Program-made: the position numbers and the translations under genes | The notes under the pieces: model-generated | What the model saw: only the letters and a program-made list of their open reading frames with translations | Databases searched by the model: none | Told to the model about the DNA's origin: nothing | DNA from: Promethearchaeota archaeon | Lineage (GTDB): Archaea; Asgardarchaeota; Lokiarchaeia; Sigyniarchaeales; SOKP01 | DNA: 64,000 nt | Assembly: GCA_048938855.1 (NCBI GenBank) | Contig: JBHLLT010000015.1 | Span: forward strand, 10,833-74,832 | Direction: 5' to 3' | In this document: positions 39,688 to 50,009 of the stretch, in pieces | Position numbering within the stretch: the first letter of the stretch is position 1 | How the letters are laid out: every line of letters starts with the position of its first letter

Positions 39688-40617
39688 ATGTCTTATAAAG
39701 ATAATTGGAAGGAAGAAAAAAAGAGTAATGAAGAGGAGAAAGAAAAAACTAAAGTTCGATGGGAATTAAATGACATTCGTGACGAGCTTATGTTCGAATT
39801 AGATGATTTGTACGATGATCTACAGGATGAGATTGAAGATATTAGAGATGACGCTGAAGATATTAAGGATGATTTATTAGATGATTTGGATGATCTTATG
39901 GATGAAAGAGAATCTTTACTAGAGGAAGTTGGGGATTTTAGAGGTGATGTAGCACAATATGGAGATGATGCAAGGGACAAAATAGAGAATGCTAAAGAAA
40001 AGCTTGAGCATTTAAAAGAAAAAATCAGAAATCATGAAGCCAAGTTTAACGCTAAAGTCATGAAAAAAGTAGATAAAGCAAAAAGGAAAGCATCTAGGAT
40101 TAACATATCTGTTGATCCCGGCATGAGTGAAGAGTGGAGAGATTGGGCGGATGGATTAGGCGCTTCTGTTTCAGAATTGGTTAGAAAGTCGATGAAATTT
40201 GTCAAAAATAATATTGGAGACATCGCAAAGTTGGAGAAATTAGGTCGAAATTTGGAGTTAATGGGAGAAGATATAGAAAAAGCAGTAAAAGAATCAGGTT
40301 TAGAGGAAATTGGTGAAAAAATTGAGAAAAAATTAAGCAAAAAGAAAGGTGAACATAAAATTAAATTTACAATTGATACTGAATCTAAAAAAGATCAAAT
40401 TAAAAAGAGAGTAAATGGTCTAATTAAACTCTATAAGAGTTTACCAATTGATAAATTGGCACAAGCACTAGAAAAATCCGATGAGGATGCTGAAAACATG
40501 ATATATGAATTAGTAGCGGAAGAAATTAAAGGGAGTCTTGAAGAAGGAGTATTTAAATTCACTAGTTCGGAAGAGGAAGTAATAGCAAAAATGAATGAAT
40601 TAATTGATAAAATGTAA
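39688..40617 (+). CDS. Acidic coiled-coil + ribbon-helix-helix + C-terminal winged-helix (PCI-like) protein
   Basis: D/E-rich helical N-terminus; RINISVDPGMSEEWRDWADGLGASVSELVRKSM (CopG/RHH pattern); LYKSLPIDKLAQAL...AENMIYELVAEEIKGSL (PCI-like). Start moved from 39619 to ATG 39688, which has GGTGG upstream and avoids overlap. Confidence 0.65.
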   Translation: MSYKDNWKEEKKSNEEEKEKTKVRWELNDIRDELMFELDDLYDDLQDEIEDIRDDAEDIKDDLLDDLDDLMDERESLLEEVGDFRGDVAQYGDDARDKIENAKEKLEHLKEKIRNHEAKFNAKVMKKVDKAKRKASRINISVDPGMSEEWRDWADGLGASVSELVRKSMKFVKNNIGDIAKLEKLGRNLELMGEDIEKAVKESGLEEIGEKIEKKLSKKKGEHKIKFTIDTESKKDQIKKRVNGLIKLYKSLPIDKLAQALEKSDEDAENMIYELVAEEIKGSLEEGVFKFTSSEEEVIAKMNELIDKM

Positions 40618-40637
40618 ATGAAAGAGTTAATATAAAA

Positions 40638-41747
40638 ATGATTAATCCGTTTTACACCAAATTGGCAAAATTGGCAATCAATTACTCTACAGACATTAAA
40701 AAAGGAGATAGAGTATTTATTAGTGGTCTCGCTTTAGCAAAAGATCTATTTCAAGCACTTTATGTTGAAGTTATCAAAGCAGGAGGTCATCCTCTTTTAC
40801 TTGTCGGAATTGAGGGAATTCAAGAATTAAATTATAAATATGCATCTGAAGAACAACTACAGTATGTAGATCCAGTAATTAAAAAAGCAATTAAAGAATT
40901 TGATGCATATATCGAAATATCAGGAGATTACAATACCCGAAAATTAAGTCTGGTTGACCCAAAATTAATTTCAAAATCTAAAGGATCACCTGCCTATAGA
41001 GAAATTTGGGAGATTTTAATGAGTAGGCTAGGTTCTAGAGAATTGAAATATCTTGCTTTACCTTTTCCATGTAATTCACTAGCTCAGGAGGCAAATATGG
41101 ATTTATTTTCCTATTTTGAATTTATTGAAAAAGCTTTATACTTGGATAAAGAAGATCCTGTGAAAGAATGGTTAGAATTGGAGAAGAAGCAAGAGACACT
41201 AGTCGAATATTTAAATAAAGTTGAAAAAATTCAAATTTTTGGAGAAGATACTGAGCTAGTTATATCAACTAAAGGTAGAATTTGGGAGAATGATTGTGGA
41301 CGGTTAAACTTACCTGATGGTGAAGTCGCTACTAGTCCGGTAGAAAATTCTGTTAATGGACATATTCGATTTACTTATCCTGGAATATTTCAAGCAAAAG
41401 AAATTGAAAATATATACTTAGAATTTAAAGATGGAAACGTAGTGAATTATTCAGCAGATAAAGGTCAAGAATTATTGGAGGAAATATTAAAAATAGATAA
41501 TGCTCAGAGATTAGGAGAATTCGCGATTGGCACAAATTATGGTATTACTCAATTTACAAAAAATATGCTTTTCGATGAGAAAATTGGGGGTACAATTCAT
41601 TGCGCTCTTGGGGCCGGGTTTAAAGAATTAGGGTCAGAGAATGATAGTGCAATACATTGGGATATTCTAAAGGATATGAAATCGCCCAATTCTAAAATTT
41701 TAGCTGACGGAAAGGTTATCTATGAAGAAGGAAAATGGAAAATTTAA
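40638..41747 (+). CDS. Aminopeptidase, M29 (AmpS/AmpT) family
   Basis: NLPDGEV, LGEFAIG, LFDEKIGGTIHCALG and SAIHWD motifs. Confidence 0.95.
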   Translation: MINPFYTKLAKLAINYSTDIKKGDRVFISGLALAKDLFQALYVEVIKAGGHPLLLVGIEGIQELNYKYASEEQLQYVDPVIKKAIKEFDAYIEISGDYNTRKLSLVDPKLISKSKGSPAYREIWEILMSRLGSRELKYLALPFPCNSLAQEANMDLFSYFEFIEKALYLDKEDPVKEWLELEKKQETLVEYLNKVEKIQIFGEDTELVISTKGRIWENDCGRLNLPDGEVATSPVENSVNGHIRFTYPGIFQAKEIENIYLEFKDGNVVNYSADKGQELLEEILKIDNAQRLGEFAIGTNYGITQFTKNMLFDEKIGGTIHCALGAGFKELGSENDSAIHWDILKDMKSPNSKILADGKVIYEEGKWKI

Positions 41748-41785
41748 AATTGAACTATAAAAGTTAGGAGATTAGGGGATAATAT

Positions 41786-43084
41786 ATGGCAGAATTAGCA
41801 GATAAGCACACTTTTAGAAAGTATCTCTTTTTTTGGACAGGACAATTATTTTCCTTGTTAGGTTCACTCATTGTTTTTTTTGTTATATTTGTTTGGATTA
41901 CAGATGTGACTGGCAGTGCGTTAATGTTAGCATTAGGAAATTTCATTTATTTAATTCCAATGTTAATTATTACGCCCTTCGCAGGGGTTATATCAGATCG
42001 ATATTATCGAAAGAATATAGTTTTAATCGCAGATTCATTACAAGCTTATTTTACATTAATATTAATAATATTTTTCATATTCAATGCTGCTCAAGTATGG
42101 ATTGTATTTATATTTATAGCTATTCGAAGTGTATTTCAATCGTTTCATTCACCAGTGGTAGGAGCTATATTACCTTCTATGGTTCCAAAAGATATGTTAG
42201 GTAGAATAAATGGTATTAATTACTTTTTTACCGGACTCATACAGTTAATAGGACCTGCTGTAGGTGCAACTTTATTATTCATTTTTCCAATACAAATAGT
42301 TTTATGGGTTGATGTAATAACTTATTTTATCGCGTTAATTCCATTAATACTCATTAAAATTCCAAGAGTTAAGGTTAAATTAGATAAGAATGAAAAAAGT
42401 AGCTTTTTTTCAGAAATGAAAGAAGGTTTTGTAGCAATTAGAACAATCCCAGGGCTCTTAACAATCATGTTAACTGCTATGCTATTAAATATGCTAATTC
42501 AACCATTAGTTGTTCTAATGCCCTATTATATCAAGATTGTAAATAATGGAAATAATTTCATATTAGCAATATTGGAGATGGTTTTACAGGGTGGTATGAT
42601 TGTAGGAGCAATTGTTCCTTCAATAAAGAAAAAATGGAATAATTCGATAAAAACTATGATTATTGGAATAGTGGTGTTAAATATTGGCTATTTAATGTAT
42701 GCAATTGCTCCAATTGGTTTTTATCCAATGATGGCTTTAGGAGCATTGCTTCTTGGTTTTGTTCTTCCTATAATAAATACCATAGTTCTAACAATTGTTC
42801 AAAAAACAATTCCCCAAAATAAGATGGGAAGAGTATTTTCAATTCTTAACACACTTTCTATGGTCGCTTCACCAATTGGAGCGATAGTATCAGGTCCGTT
42901 AAGTGAAATCTTTGGCATCTCCTGGCTTTATTTCTATTGTGCTATATTTGGTATAATTATAACAATATCTGCCTATTTGTTTACTAGCCTACGACATGTA
43001 AATTATGATAAAGAAATAAATGGTGATAAAGAAATGATAATTGAGAAAACAATAGCAAAAAGGGGTAATAGTATAAATGATTAA
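41786..43084 (+). CDS. MFS transporter (DHA3/MefA-like)
   Basis: FWTGQLFSLLGS, PFAGVISDR, MVPKDMLGRING and MGRVFS motifs. Confidence 0.9.
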   Translation: MAELADKHTFRKYLFFWTGQLFSLLGSLIVFFVIFVWITDVTGSALMLALGNFIYLIPMLIITPFAGVISDRYYRKNIVLIADSLQAYFTLILIIFFIFNAAQVWIVFIFIAIRSVFQSFHSPVVGAILPSMVPKDMLGRINGINYFFTGLIQLIGPAVGATLLFIFPIQIVLWVDVITYFIALIPLILIKIPRVKVKLDKNEKSSFFSEMKEGFVAIRTIPGLLTIMLTAMLLNMLIQPLVVLMPYYIKIVNNGNNFILAILEMVLQGGMIVGAIVPSIKKKWNNSIKTMIIGIVVLNIGYLMYAIAPIGFYPMMALGALLLGFVLPIINTIVLTIVQKTIPQNKMGRVFSILNTLSMVASPIGAIVSGPLSEIFGISWLYFYCAIFGIIITISAYLFTSLRHVNYDKEINGDKEMIIEKTIAKRGNSIND

Positions 43085-44186
43085 TCCAATTTATGAAAAA
43101 CTCGCAAAATTAGTAGTAGAATATTCACTTGAGATAGAAAAAGGACAAACAGTCTTTATTGGAGGTCCTGCTTTCGCTCAGGAATTATTCCAAGCATTAT
43201 ATATAGAATTAATTAAAACAGGCGCTCATGTTCTGGTAAGCCCTAAATTAGATGGTATTAGGGAAAGTCGATTCAAATATGGAACTAAAGAACAATTGCA
43301 ATATGTTAGTAAATTTGAAGAGATGGTATTTAAGGACTTTGATCGTCTAATTGAAATAAGAGCAGATTATAACACTCGTTCTTATAGTAATGTTGATCCT
43401 AAAAAACTGGCAATGTTTATGAATGTACCAAAAAGAAAAGAGTTAAGGGAGATTCAAGAAAAGAGGGCCTCACGGGGAGAACTAAAGTGGATTGTAATTC
43501 CTTTTCCTTGTAACGCTCATGCTCAGGAAGCAAATATGGATTTGTTTTCATATGCTGAATTCATAAATAAGAGTTTATTCTTAGATATAGACAATCCTGT
43601 GGATGAATGGAGAAAAATGCAGAAGACCCAAGATTTAATTATAGAGTATCTGAATAAGGTTAAAAACATTCAAGTTATTGGTGAAGATACTGATTTAAGG
43701 CTCTCTGTGAATGACCGTAAATGGATAAATTGCAGCGGACATAGAAATTTACCTGATGGAGAAGTATATACCGGTCCAGTCGAAGATTCAGTTAATGGGC
43801 ATATTAGGTTTACATATCCAGGGATTTATATGGGGAAAGAAGTAGAAAACATCTACTTAGAGTTTAAAGATGGAGAAGTAGTTAAAGCAACGGCAACAAT
43901 AGGGGAAGATGTTCTTCAAGAGGTATTGAAAGTGGAAAATGCAAAAATAATTGGAGAGTTCGCAATTGGAACAAATTTTGGGATCAATAAATTCACTAAA
44001 AATATACTCTTTGATGAAAAAATGGGAGGAACATTACACTGCGCTTTAGGTCTTGGGTTTGAACAAACAGGTTCAAAAAATAGATCTGCAATTCATTGGG
44101 ATATTTTAAAAGATATGAAAGTCCCAGGATCAAAAATAATTGCTGATGGTAATGTAATTTATGAAGAAGGAAATTGGAAAATTTAA
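43077..44186 (+). CDS. Aminopeptidase, M29 family (paralog)
   Basis: Same motifs; 369 aa like the first copy, ending IYEEGNWKI. Confidence 0.95.
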   Translation: MINPIYEKLAKLVVEYSLEIEKGQTVFIGGPAFAQELFQALYIELIKTGAHVLVSPKLDGIRESRFKYGTKEQLQYVSKFEEMVFKDFDRLIEIRADYNTRSYSNVDPKKLAMFMNVPKRKELREIQEKRASRGELKWIVIPFPCNAHAQEANMDLFSYAEFINKSLFLDIDNPVDEWRKMQKTQDLIIEYLNKVKNIQVIGEDTDLRLSVNDRKWINCSGHRNLPDGEVYTGPVEDSVNGHIRFTYPGIYMGKEVENIYLEFKDGEVVKATATIGEDVLQEVLKVENAKIIGEFAIGTNFGINKFTKNILFDEKMGGTLHCALGLGFEQTGSKNRSAIHWDILKDMKVPGSKIIADGNVIYEEGNWKI

Positions 44187-44254
44187 ATTGAATAATTTAA
44201 TAAAAAAAAAAATCAAACAAAAAAATAAAAAAAATAGGAAATTAGGGGAAAAAA

Positions 44255-45541
44255 ATGGAAGAAATTGCTAATAATAGCACTTTTAAGAGCTATATGTTCT
44301 TTTGGAGCGGTCAAATATTCTCTCTGCTTGGTTCGATGGTTGTATTTTTTGCAATTAATTTTTGGATTGCATTTATTTACAATGATCCAATAATAAGTGC
44401 TTTTGCATCATTTCTGGGAGTTTTAATGATGACAATTTGTATGCCTTTTGCTGGAGTATTAGCAGATAGACTTAATCGAAAAATACTCATTATAGTTGCA
44501 GATGCTTTACAAGCTTATGTTACAATCCTACTGATAATAATTTTTAATTTCGGGATGGCTAATATCTGGATTGTTTACATTTTTATCAGTCTTCGTTCAA
44601 TGTTTCAAGCTTTTCACGTCCCTACTGTAAATGCAATTATTCCTACTATGGTTCCAAAAGATAAGCTCTCAAGAATTAATGGGGTGAATTTTTTATTTAC
44701 AGGTGTAGTACAACTCCTTGCACCAGTTATAGGGGCATTGATGTTACTGTTTTTATCAGTAAATATGATTTTTTGGGTAGATATCATAACATTTTTTATT
44801 GCATTAATCCCTTTATTACTAATTTCTATCCCTTCAGTAAGACAAATCAATCATTCAGGGCAAAAAAAGGAAAAAAATTCATTTTTAAGAGATTTTAGAC
44901 TGGGGCTCAAAACATTGAAATTAATTCCAGGATTAGTCGTTTTGGTTATTTTATCAATGTTATTAAACTTTTTAGTCCAACCAATTAATTCACTTATGTC
45001 ATTGTTTATTATTGATGTACATGGAGGAGGTCCAGCGCAATTAGCACTAGCAGAAATTACTTTTACTAGTGGAATGATTATTGGAGCGATAGTAACTTCA
45101 ATTAAAAAAAACTGGAAAAATAAGATTAGAGTTATTTTTATTAGTCTTGTTATCGCCCTTCTTGGATACATGATATTTGCTGTTGCACCTAGAGGAAATT
45201 ATTATATAATGGGTCTTGGCGGAGCTATATTAGGATTTAATTTGCCAATCGTAAATGCACTCTATCAAACCTTTATGCAGACTACAGTACCTTTCGATAA
45301 ACTAGGAAGAGTAACATCAATTGATAGTACTTTATCTTCAGCGATCTCTCCGGTTGGTTCATTGTTAGCAGGACCAATAGCATTACTCATTGGTATTCCA
45401 TCGTTGTTTTTTTTCAGTGGATTTCTTGGTGTGGCATGTACGATCCTCTTTTGGACATTTACAGGTATTAGGAAAATTGATGTTGACAGTAAAAGTGCTT
45501 TAGAAGAAATCAATGGAAAAATTGAAAATATCGCAATCTAA
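44255..45541 (+). CDS. MFS transporter (DHA3/MefA-like)
   Basis: FWSGQIFSLLGS, PFAGVLADR and MVPKDKLSRING motifs. Confidence 0.9.
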   Translation: MEEIANNSTFKSYMFFWSGQIFSLLGSMVVFFAINFWIAFIYNDPIISAFASFLGVLMMTICMPFAGVLADRLNRKILIIVADALQAYVTILLIIIFNFGMANIWIVYIFISLRSMFQAFHVPTVNAIIPTMVPKDKLSRINGVNFLFTGVVQLLAPVIGALMLLFLSVNMIFWVDIITFFIALIPLLLISIPSVRQINHSGQKKEKNSFLRDFRLGLKTLKLIPGLVVLVILSMLLNFLVQPINSLMSLFIIDVHGGGPAQLALAEITFTSGMIIGAIVTSIKKNWKNKIRVIFISLVIALLGYMIFAVAPRGNYYIMGLGGAILGFNLPIVNALYQTFMQTTVPFDKLGRVTSIDSTLSSAISPVGSLLAGPIALLIGIPSLFFFSGFLGVACTILFWTFTGIRKIDVDSKSALEEINGKIENIAI

Positions 45542-45587
45542 TTTTTTTCTCTTTTTTAAAAAAAACTTTTAATTAAAGGTAAGAAAA

Positions 45588-46871
45588 ATGACAGAAAATT
45601 TAGCAAATAAACATACTTTTAACAATTATCTCATTTTTTGGGTAGGGCAATTATTTTCAGTGTTAGGATCATCAATTTCACAGTTTGCGATTATTTGGTG
45701 GATAACGGATACAACAGGGAGTACAACTCTTCTCTCATTAGCCAGTTTTCTTTATGTATTACCAATGACTATTGTGATCGCTTTATCTGGCGTAATAATT
45801 GATAAATGGAATCGGAAAGTAATTATTGTGATTGTAGATTCATTACAAGCATATGTTATGCTTTTAGTAATCATAATATTTAATTTAGGAGGAGCCAATC
45901 CAATATTAATAGTCTCAATAATGAGTCTACTGGGAATTTTTCAAGGTTTTCACATCCCTACTCTAGGAGCTATTGTTCCTACCATGGTTCCTAAGGATAA
46001 GCTGAGTAGAATGAATGGGCTAAACTTTTTCTTTAGAAGTTTTATTCAAATCATTGGTCCAGTGATTGGCGCTTTATTATTTTCATTTATTCCATTTGAA
46101 ACCATACTTTGGATTGATCCGCTTACATTTATTTTTGCTTTGATTCCATTATTGGCTATTAAGATTCCTAAAATCAAACAGAAAGTTTCAACTGTGGAGA
46201 AAAATTCATTTTTAGAAGACTTTAAAGATGGAATCCGAACATTAAAATCAATTCCAGAAGTTCTTATGATGCTTGTAATATCAATGTTTATTAACTTTCT
46301 TTTAGTCCCAGTGAATATTTTGATGCCGTATTTCATTAGATATAACCATTCTGGTGATGCATCCAATCTTGCATTTATTATTGCTTTTATGAATGGTGGT
46401 ATGCTTTTAGGGGCATTAATTACTTCGTTAAAGAAAGAATGGAAGCATGCTCTTTTCATCTATTTTGGGTTTGAGTTCATCTTAATGATGAATAGCGGCT
46501 TAATCGCCTTAACGCCATTTCAATTATTTCTAATGCTGGGTATTGTAGGTGGTATTACAGGCATTACAATCCCTATACTTAATACAATATATTTAACAAT
46601 CATGCAAACTAAAGTTCCTCCAGATAAAATGGGTAGGTTATCTTCTCTTGATTGGGCGATCTCATCTGCAATATCTCCAATTGCAACTATAATTACAGGG
46701 CCATTATCAGAACTAATTGGAATAACAAGTTTATTTCTTACGTGTTCAATTATGGGAATGATTATTACATTGATATTGTGGTGGATCGCACACATTCGAG
46801 TAAAAACGTACTATAAGAGGAAGGAAGTTAAAGAACTTAGTAGGGAAGCTGAAAGTATAATTCTAGAATAA
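45588..46871 (+). CDS. MFS transporter (DHA3/MefA-like)
   Basis: FWVGQLFSVLGS and MVPKDKLSRMNG motifs. Confidence 0.9.
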   Translation: MTENLANKHTFNNYLIFWVGQLFSVLGSSISQFAIIWWITDTTGSTTLLSLASFLYVLPMTIVIALSGVIIDKWNRKVIIVIVDSLQAYVMLLVIIIFNLGGANPILIVSIMSLLGIFQGFHIPTLGAIVPTMVPKDKLSRMNGLNFFFRSFIQIIGPVIGALLFSFIPFETILWIDPLTFIFALIPLLAIKIPKIKQKVSTVEKNSFLEDFKDGIRTLKSIPEVLMMLVISMFINFLLVPVNILMPYFIRYNHSGDASNLAFIIAFMNGGMLLGALITSLKKEWKHALFIYFGFEFILMMNSGLIALTPFQLFLMLGIVGGITGITIPILNTIYLTIMQTKVPPDKMGRLSSLDWAISSAISPIATIITGPLSELIGITSLFLTCSIMGMIITLILWWIAHIRVKTYYKRKEVKELSREAESIILE

Positions 46872-46895
46872 AAAAACAAACACTTCTTTTTTTTT

Positions 46896-47399
46896 TTACT
46901 TTAAATTATCATCTTGGGTATTTAACCAATTTAATAAATCTTTACTCTTTTTAGGGAACAAATTACTTAAAATCTCTCTTGCCGTTTTTACAACGTTAGG
47001 GTCTTCATCCGAAAGTACACAATTTTCCAAAAAATTATAAGCTTTATCACTTTTGAGTTCTAAAATTTTGAATGCTAGCAAACTTATCTTTCTAATTTCT
47101 TCATTATCATTGTTTTCAAGAAAATAATTTAACATTTCAACAGCATCTGATTTACTCATCTGATTTGTTGTAACATAATCATATATTTTAGCTACAGTTA
47201 GGTCTTTATTAATGAAATCAAGTGCATCTTGATATAAAGTTTTATTCAAAGAGTTAATACTTTTATTTTTTCTCCTTAAATCGAATGGACATGCATGATT
47301 CTCTGGTAATCTATGCTTGGTACAAAATATCATACCACAAAATTTGCATCTATATGGGATATCTTTTATATCAACATCACAAAAATAACAATTTAACAA
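46896..47399 (-). CDS. AN1-type zinc finger plus HEAT-like repeat protein
   Basis: CYFC...PYRCKFCGMIFCTKHRLPENHAC; C-terminal DNEEIR...SDEDPNVVKTA. Confidence 0.85.
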   Translation of the reverse strand: MLNCYFCDVDIKDIPYRCKFCGMIFCTKHRLPENHACPFDLRRKNKSINSLNKTLYQDALDFINKDLTVAKIYDYVTTNQMSKSDAVEMLNYFLENNDNEEIRKISLLAFKILELKSDKAYNFLENCVLSDEDPNVVKTAREILSNLFPKKSKDLLNWLNTQDDNLK

Positions 47400-47474
47400 G
47401 ATAAAAAAATTAGATTATGAATTTTATAATTTAATATCCATTAGGATAATTTCATTTAAAACTCCTATACAAAT

Positions 47475-49874
47475 TTACAATAAATGTTCCAATCTATCAA
47501 TAATATCATTCTGAATAGGAGTTCCAAGATCAATAAATGTAGCATTATAACCTCCTACTTTTACTATTAAATCTGGATATTTTTCAGGATTTTTCTGAGC
47601 ATCTCTCAAGGTCTCAGTTGAAACCGCATTTGGTTGGAGTTGCATACCTCCATTATCAAAATATCCTTTCAAAAGAAAATAAAATTTTTCAATATTTTCT
47701 TCATTTATTAGATTTTGAGGGTGGATTCTGATATTCAAAGCGATTCCATTTGTCGCATAATCATAATTTAATTTTGCGACTGAATTTAAAATTGCGGTAA
47801 GCCCTTCTTTTTCAACATTGTTCACGGGAGAAAGACTATTAGAGATAGCTTCCATCGCTTTCCTGCCATCTGCTGTAGGTTGAGTAAAAAATCCTTCCAT
47901 AACATGAATTCCCATGGAATACGCTCCTGCACTATATTTTCCTCCTCTTATCGTTTTCTGTTTACCTACTTCAGTACAAAATAAATACCATAGATTATTA
48001 GCAAATGAATCTATTTCTTCTTTGTCATTTCCCCATTTTTGATATTTATTTATTAGGTGTTGTCGAAAAGCTTCTTGGCCTTCAAAATTTGAATTTAAAA
48101 CTTTAATGAATTCGGGTAAAGAAATTAAATTTTCCTCATAAACAACTTTCTTAATATTATAGAGAGAATCAACTAAAGTAGCAAAGCCATAAGCAGTAAT
48201 AGATGAAAAATTATATTTTGCACCCCCACAAACATAATCTTTTCCATTTTCCATACATCCTTCTATACCTGCTGAAATGAATGGGTGTTGCATATATTTC
48301 ATTGCTTCCTCATCTCCTATTTGGGCGATCTCTGCAGATTTTTCAATATTGAATCTTAACTGCTCTTTAAAAGCTTTAAATAATTTGTCAAAGGTGGAAA
48401 AGTTTGCCGGATCTCCAGTTTGTAAACCATCAATCGTTTTTGATAAATTACTATAGCCATTATTCAAGACTAATTCAAGAATTCCTGGCAAGTTCATAAA
48501 CATACGACCAGTGGCAGAAAAACTATTACCTTGGCCCGAAGGTTCAACGCAACCAATAATTACATAATTTATAGCATCTTCTAATGAATAACCTGCTTTA
48601 ACCAACGCAGGAATATGTATATCATCATTGTAAAAAGCGATGCCTGACGTAGAGCTAAGAACCTTTAAAGCCTCCTTTAAAAATTCTTTTGGAGTATTTT
48701 TATGGATTCTAATTGACAGATCAGTAGTAAATATTTTAACTTTTTTATAAGCTTCAAGAAAAAGGTAAGATAATTCATTTGTTGCATCATTACCCTTTAT
48801 ATCCATACCAGAAATTGTAATTGTTTGAGTGTTTTGCCCAAGTGCATTAGCGACCATCGTAAAATCAATTGGTAATAACGTTAAATTCCACGTTAATTTT
48901 AGATTCAATTCTTCTATTAATTCTAGTGCGAATTGACGGTTAATTTTTCTTAATGATATGTCTTTTTGATAATATGGCCATAGGATTTGATCTAATCTTC
49001 CAAGAGCAAGAACACTGCGTTGGTAGATGATGTTTGCAATATTCTGAGAAAAATTAATATATTGAACCGCTTCATAAAAAGTCTCTGGAGGATTTTCAGT
49101 AAACTTTTGCATCATATCTCCAATATGTTTAAGTTCTGATTTTCTAGAAGCATTTTCCTCTGTTGCTGATAATTTGATTGCTAGATTGGAATATCTCTTA
49201 CAGAATTCTATTGCACTATTGTAATAAATTTTAACAGCTTCATAGAAGTTACTTTTCTCTTGGAAATTTTTATCACTTTTCTTCAAGTTGCGTTGAAAAG
49301 ATTCAGCTTCTTCAATAATACCTTTATAACCTAACTTCAATAGTTTTTCGTATCCTGCACATACATGCCCTTCAGTAGTTCCCTGATGAATAGCAATATT
49401 AGGAGCTAATGAGGTTATTTTTCCTTCTCCTGTTATTAAACCTTCTTTTAATAGTCGCTTGTTTATCCTATCTGCTACAAGCGATCTACCTTCCCAAAAT
49501 GGAATCATATCTAATAATTCATCACGATTTTCATCTGAAATAAAAAAGGGTTGTAGCTTTCTTCTAGCAAGCTTTTTGTATGTACTAGGTTTATCTAAAC
49601 TATTATCATATCTTAGAAGATCAAGATTGATTTTTTCTGCTAAAGGTTTACTTGTTTCATTTCCCACTAATAATTCATCATCTCTGATGAAAATAGTCAT
49701 GTTCTTTAAAGTGTGTGCTATTGCTTTAGCCCGCTTTATAACTTCTGGGTCATTAGAACATTGCTTATAAATTTCCGTAAAATACCTCATGCGTTCAATG
49801 CATATTTCATATTTACTGGATAGTAAGTTATTTTTTAGCCTAGTAATTCTATCTAATGATGCTTCAACTATCAT
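47475..49874 (-). CDS. Glycyl radical enzyme (PFL2/GRE family, substrate unknown)
   Basis: IRDDELLVG, LGRLDQILWPYY, IGCVEP (catalytic Cys), PTADGR and C-terminal YPDLIVKVGGYNA glycyl loop. Confidence 0.9.
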   Translation of the reverse strand: MIVEASLDRITRLKNNLLSSKYEICIERMRYFTEIYKQCSNDPEVIKRAKAIAHTLKNMTIFIRDDELLVGNETSKPLAEKINLDLLRYDNSLDKPSTYKKLARRKLQPFFISDENRDELLDMIPFWEGRSLVADRINKRLLKEGLITGEGKITSLAPNIAIHQGTTEGHVCAGYEKLLKLGYKGIIEEAESFQRNLKKSDKNFQEKSNFYEAVKIYYNSAIEFCKRYSNLAIKLSATEENASRKSELKHIGDMMQKFTENPPETFYEAVQYINFSQNIANIIYQRSVLALGRLDQILWPYYQKDISLRKINRQFALELIEELNLKLTWNLTLLPIDFTMVANALGQNTQTITISGMDIKGNDATNELSYLFLEAYKKVKIFTTDLSIRIHKNTPKEFLKEALKVLSSTSGIAFYNDDIHIPALVKAGYSLEDAINYVIIGCVEPSGQGNSFSATGRMFMNLPGILELVLNNGYSNLSKTIDGLQTGDPANFSTFDKLFKAFKEQLRFNIEKSAEIAQIGDEEAMKYMQHPFISAGIEGCMENGKDYVCGGAKYNFSSITAYGFATLVDSLYNIKKVVYEENLISLPEFIKVLNSNFEGQEAFRQHLINKYQKWGNDKEEIDSFANNLWYLFCTEVGKQKTIRGGKYSAGAYSMGIHVMEGFFTQPTADGRKAMEAISNSLSPVNNVEKEGLTAILNSVAKLNYDYATNGIALNIRIHPQNLINEENIEKFYFLLKGYFDNGGMQLQPNAVSTETLRDAQKNPEKYPDLIVKVGGYNATFIDLGTPIQNDIIDRLEHLL

Positions 49875-50009
49875 TGTCTGTCAATCAAATTGAATAATAA
49901 ATTATTTAAAATAATTTGAAAGCTAATTACTATTTATAATTAATGGTTCAATAAATTAATTGAAATTTAGGTAAATTATATCATATTAAAGTTATAATAA
50001 TTTAAAGAG

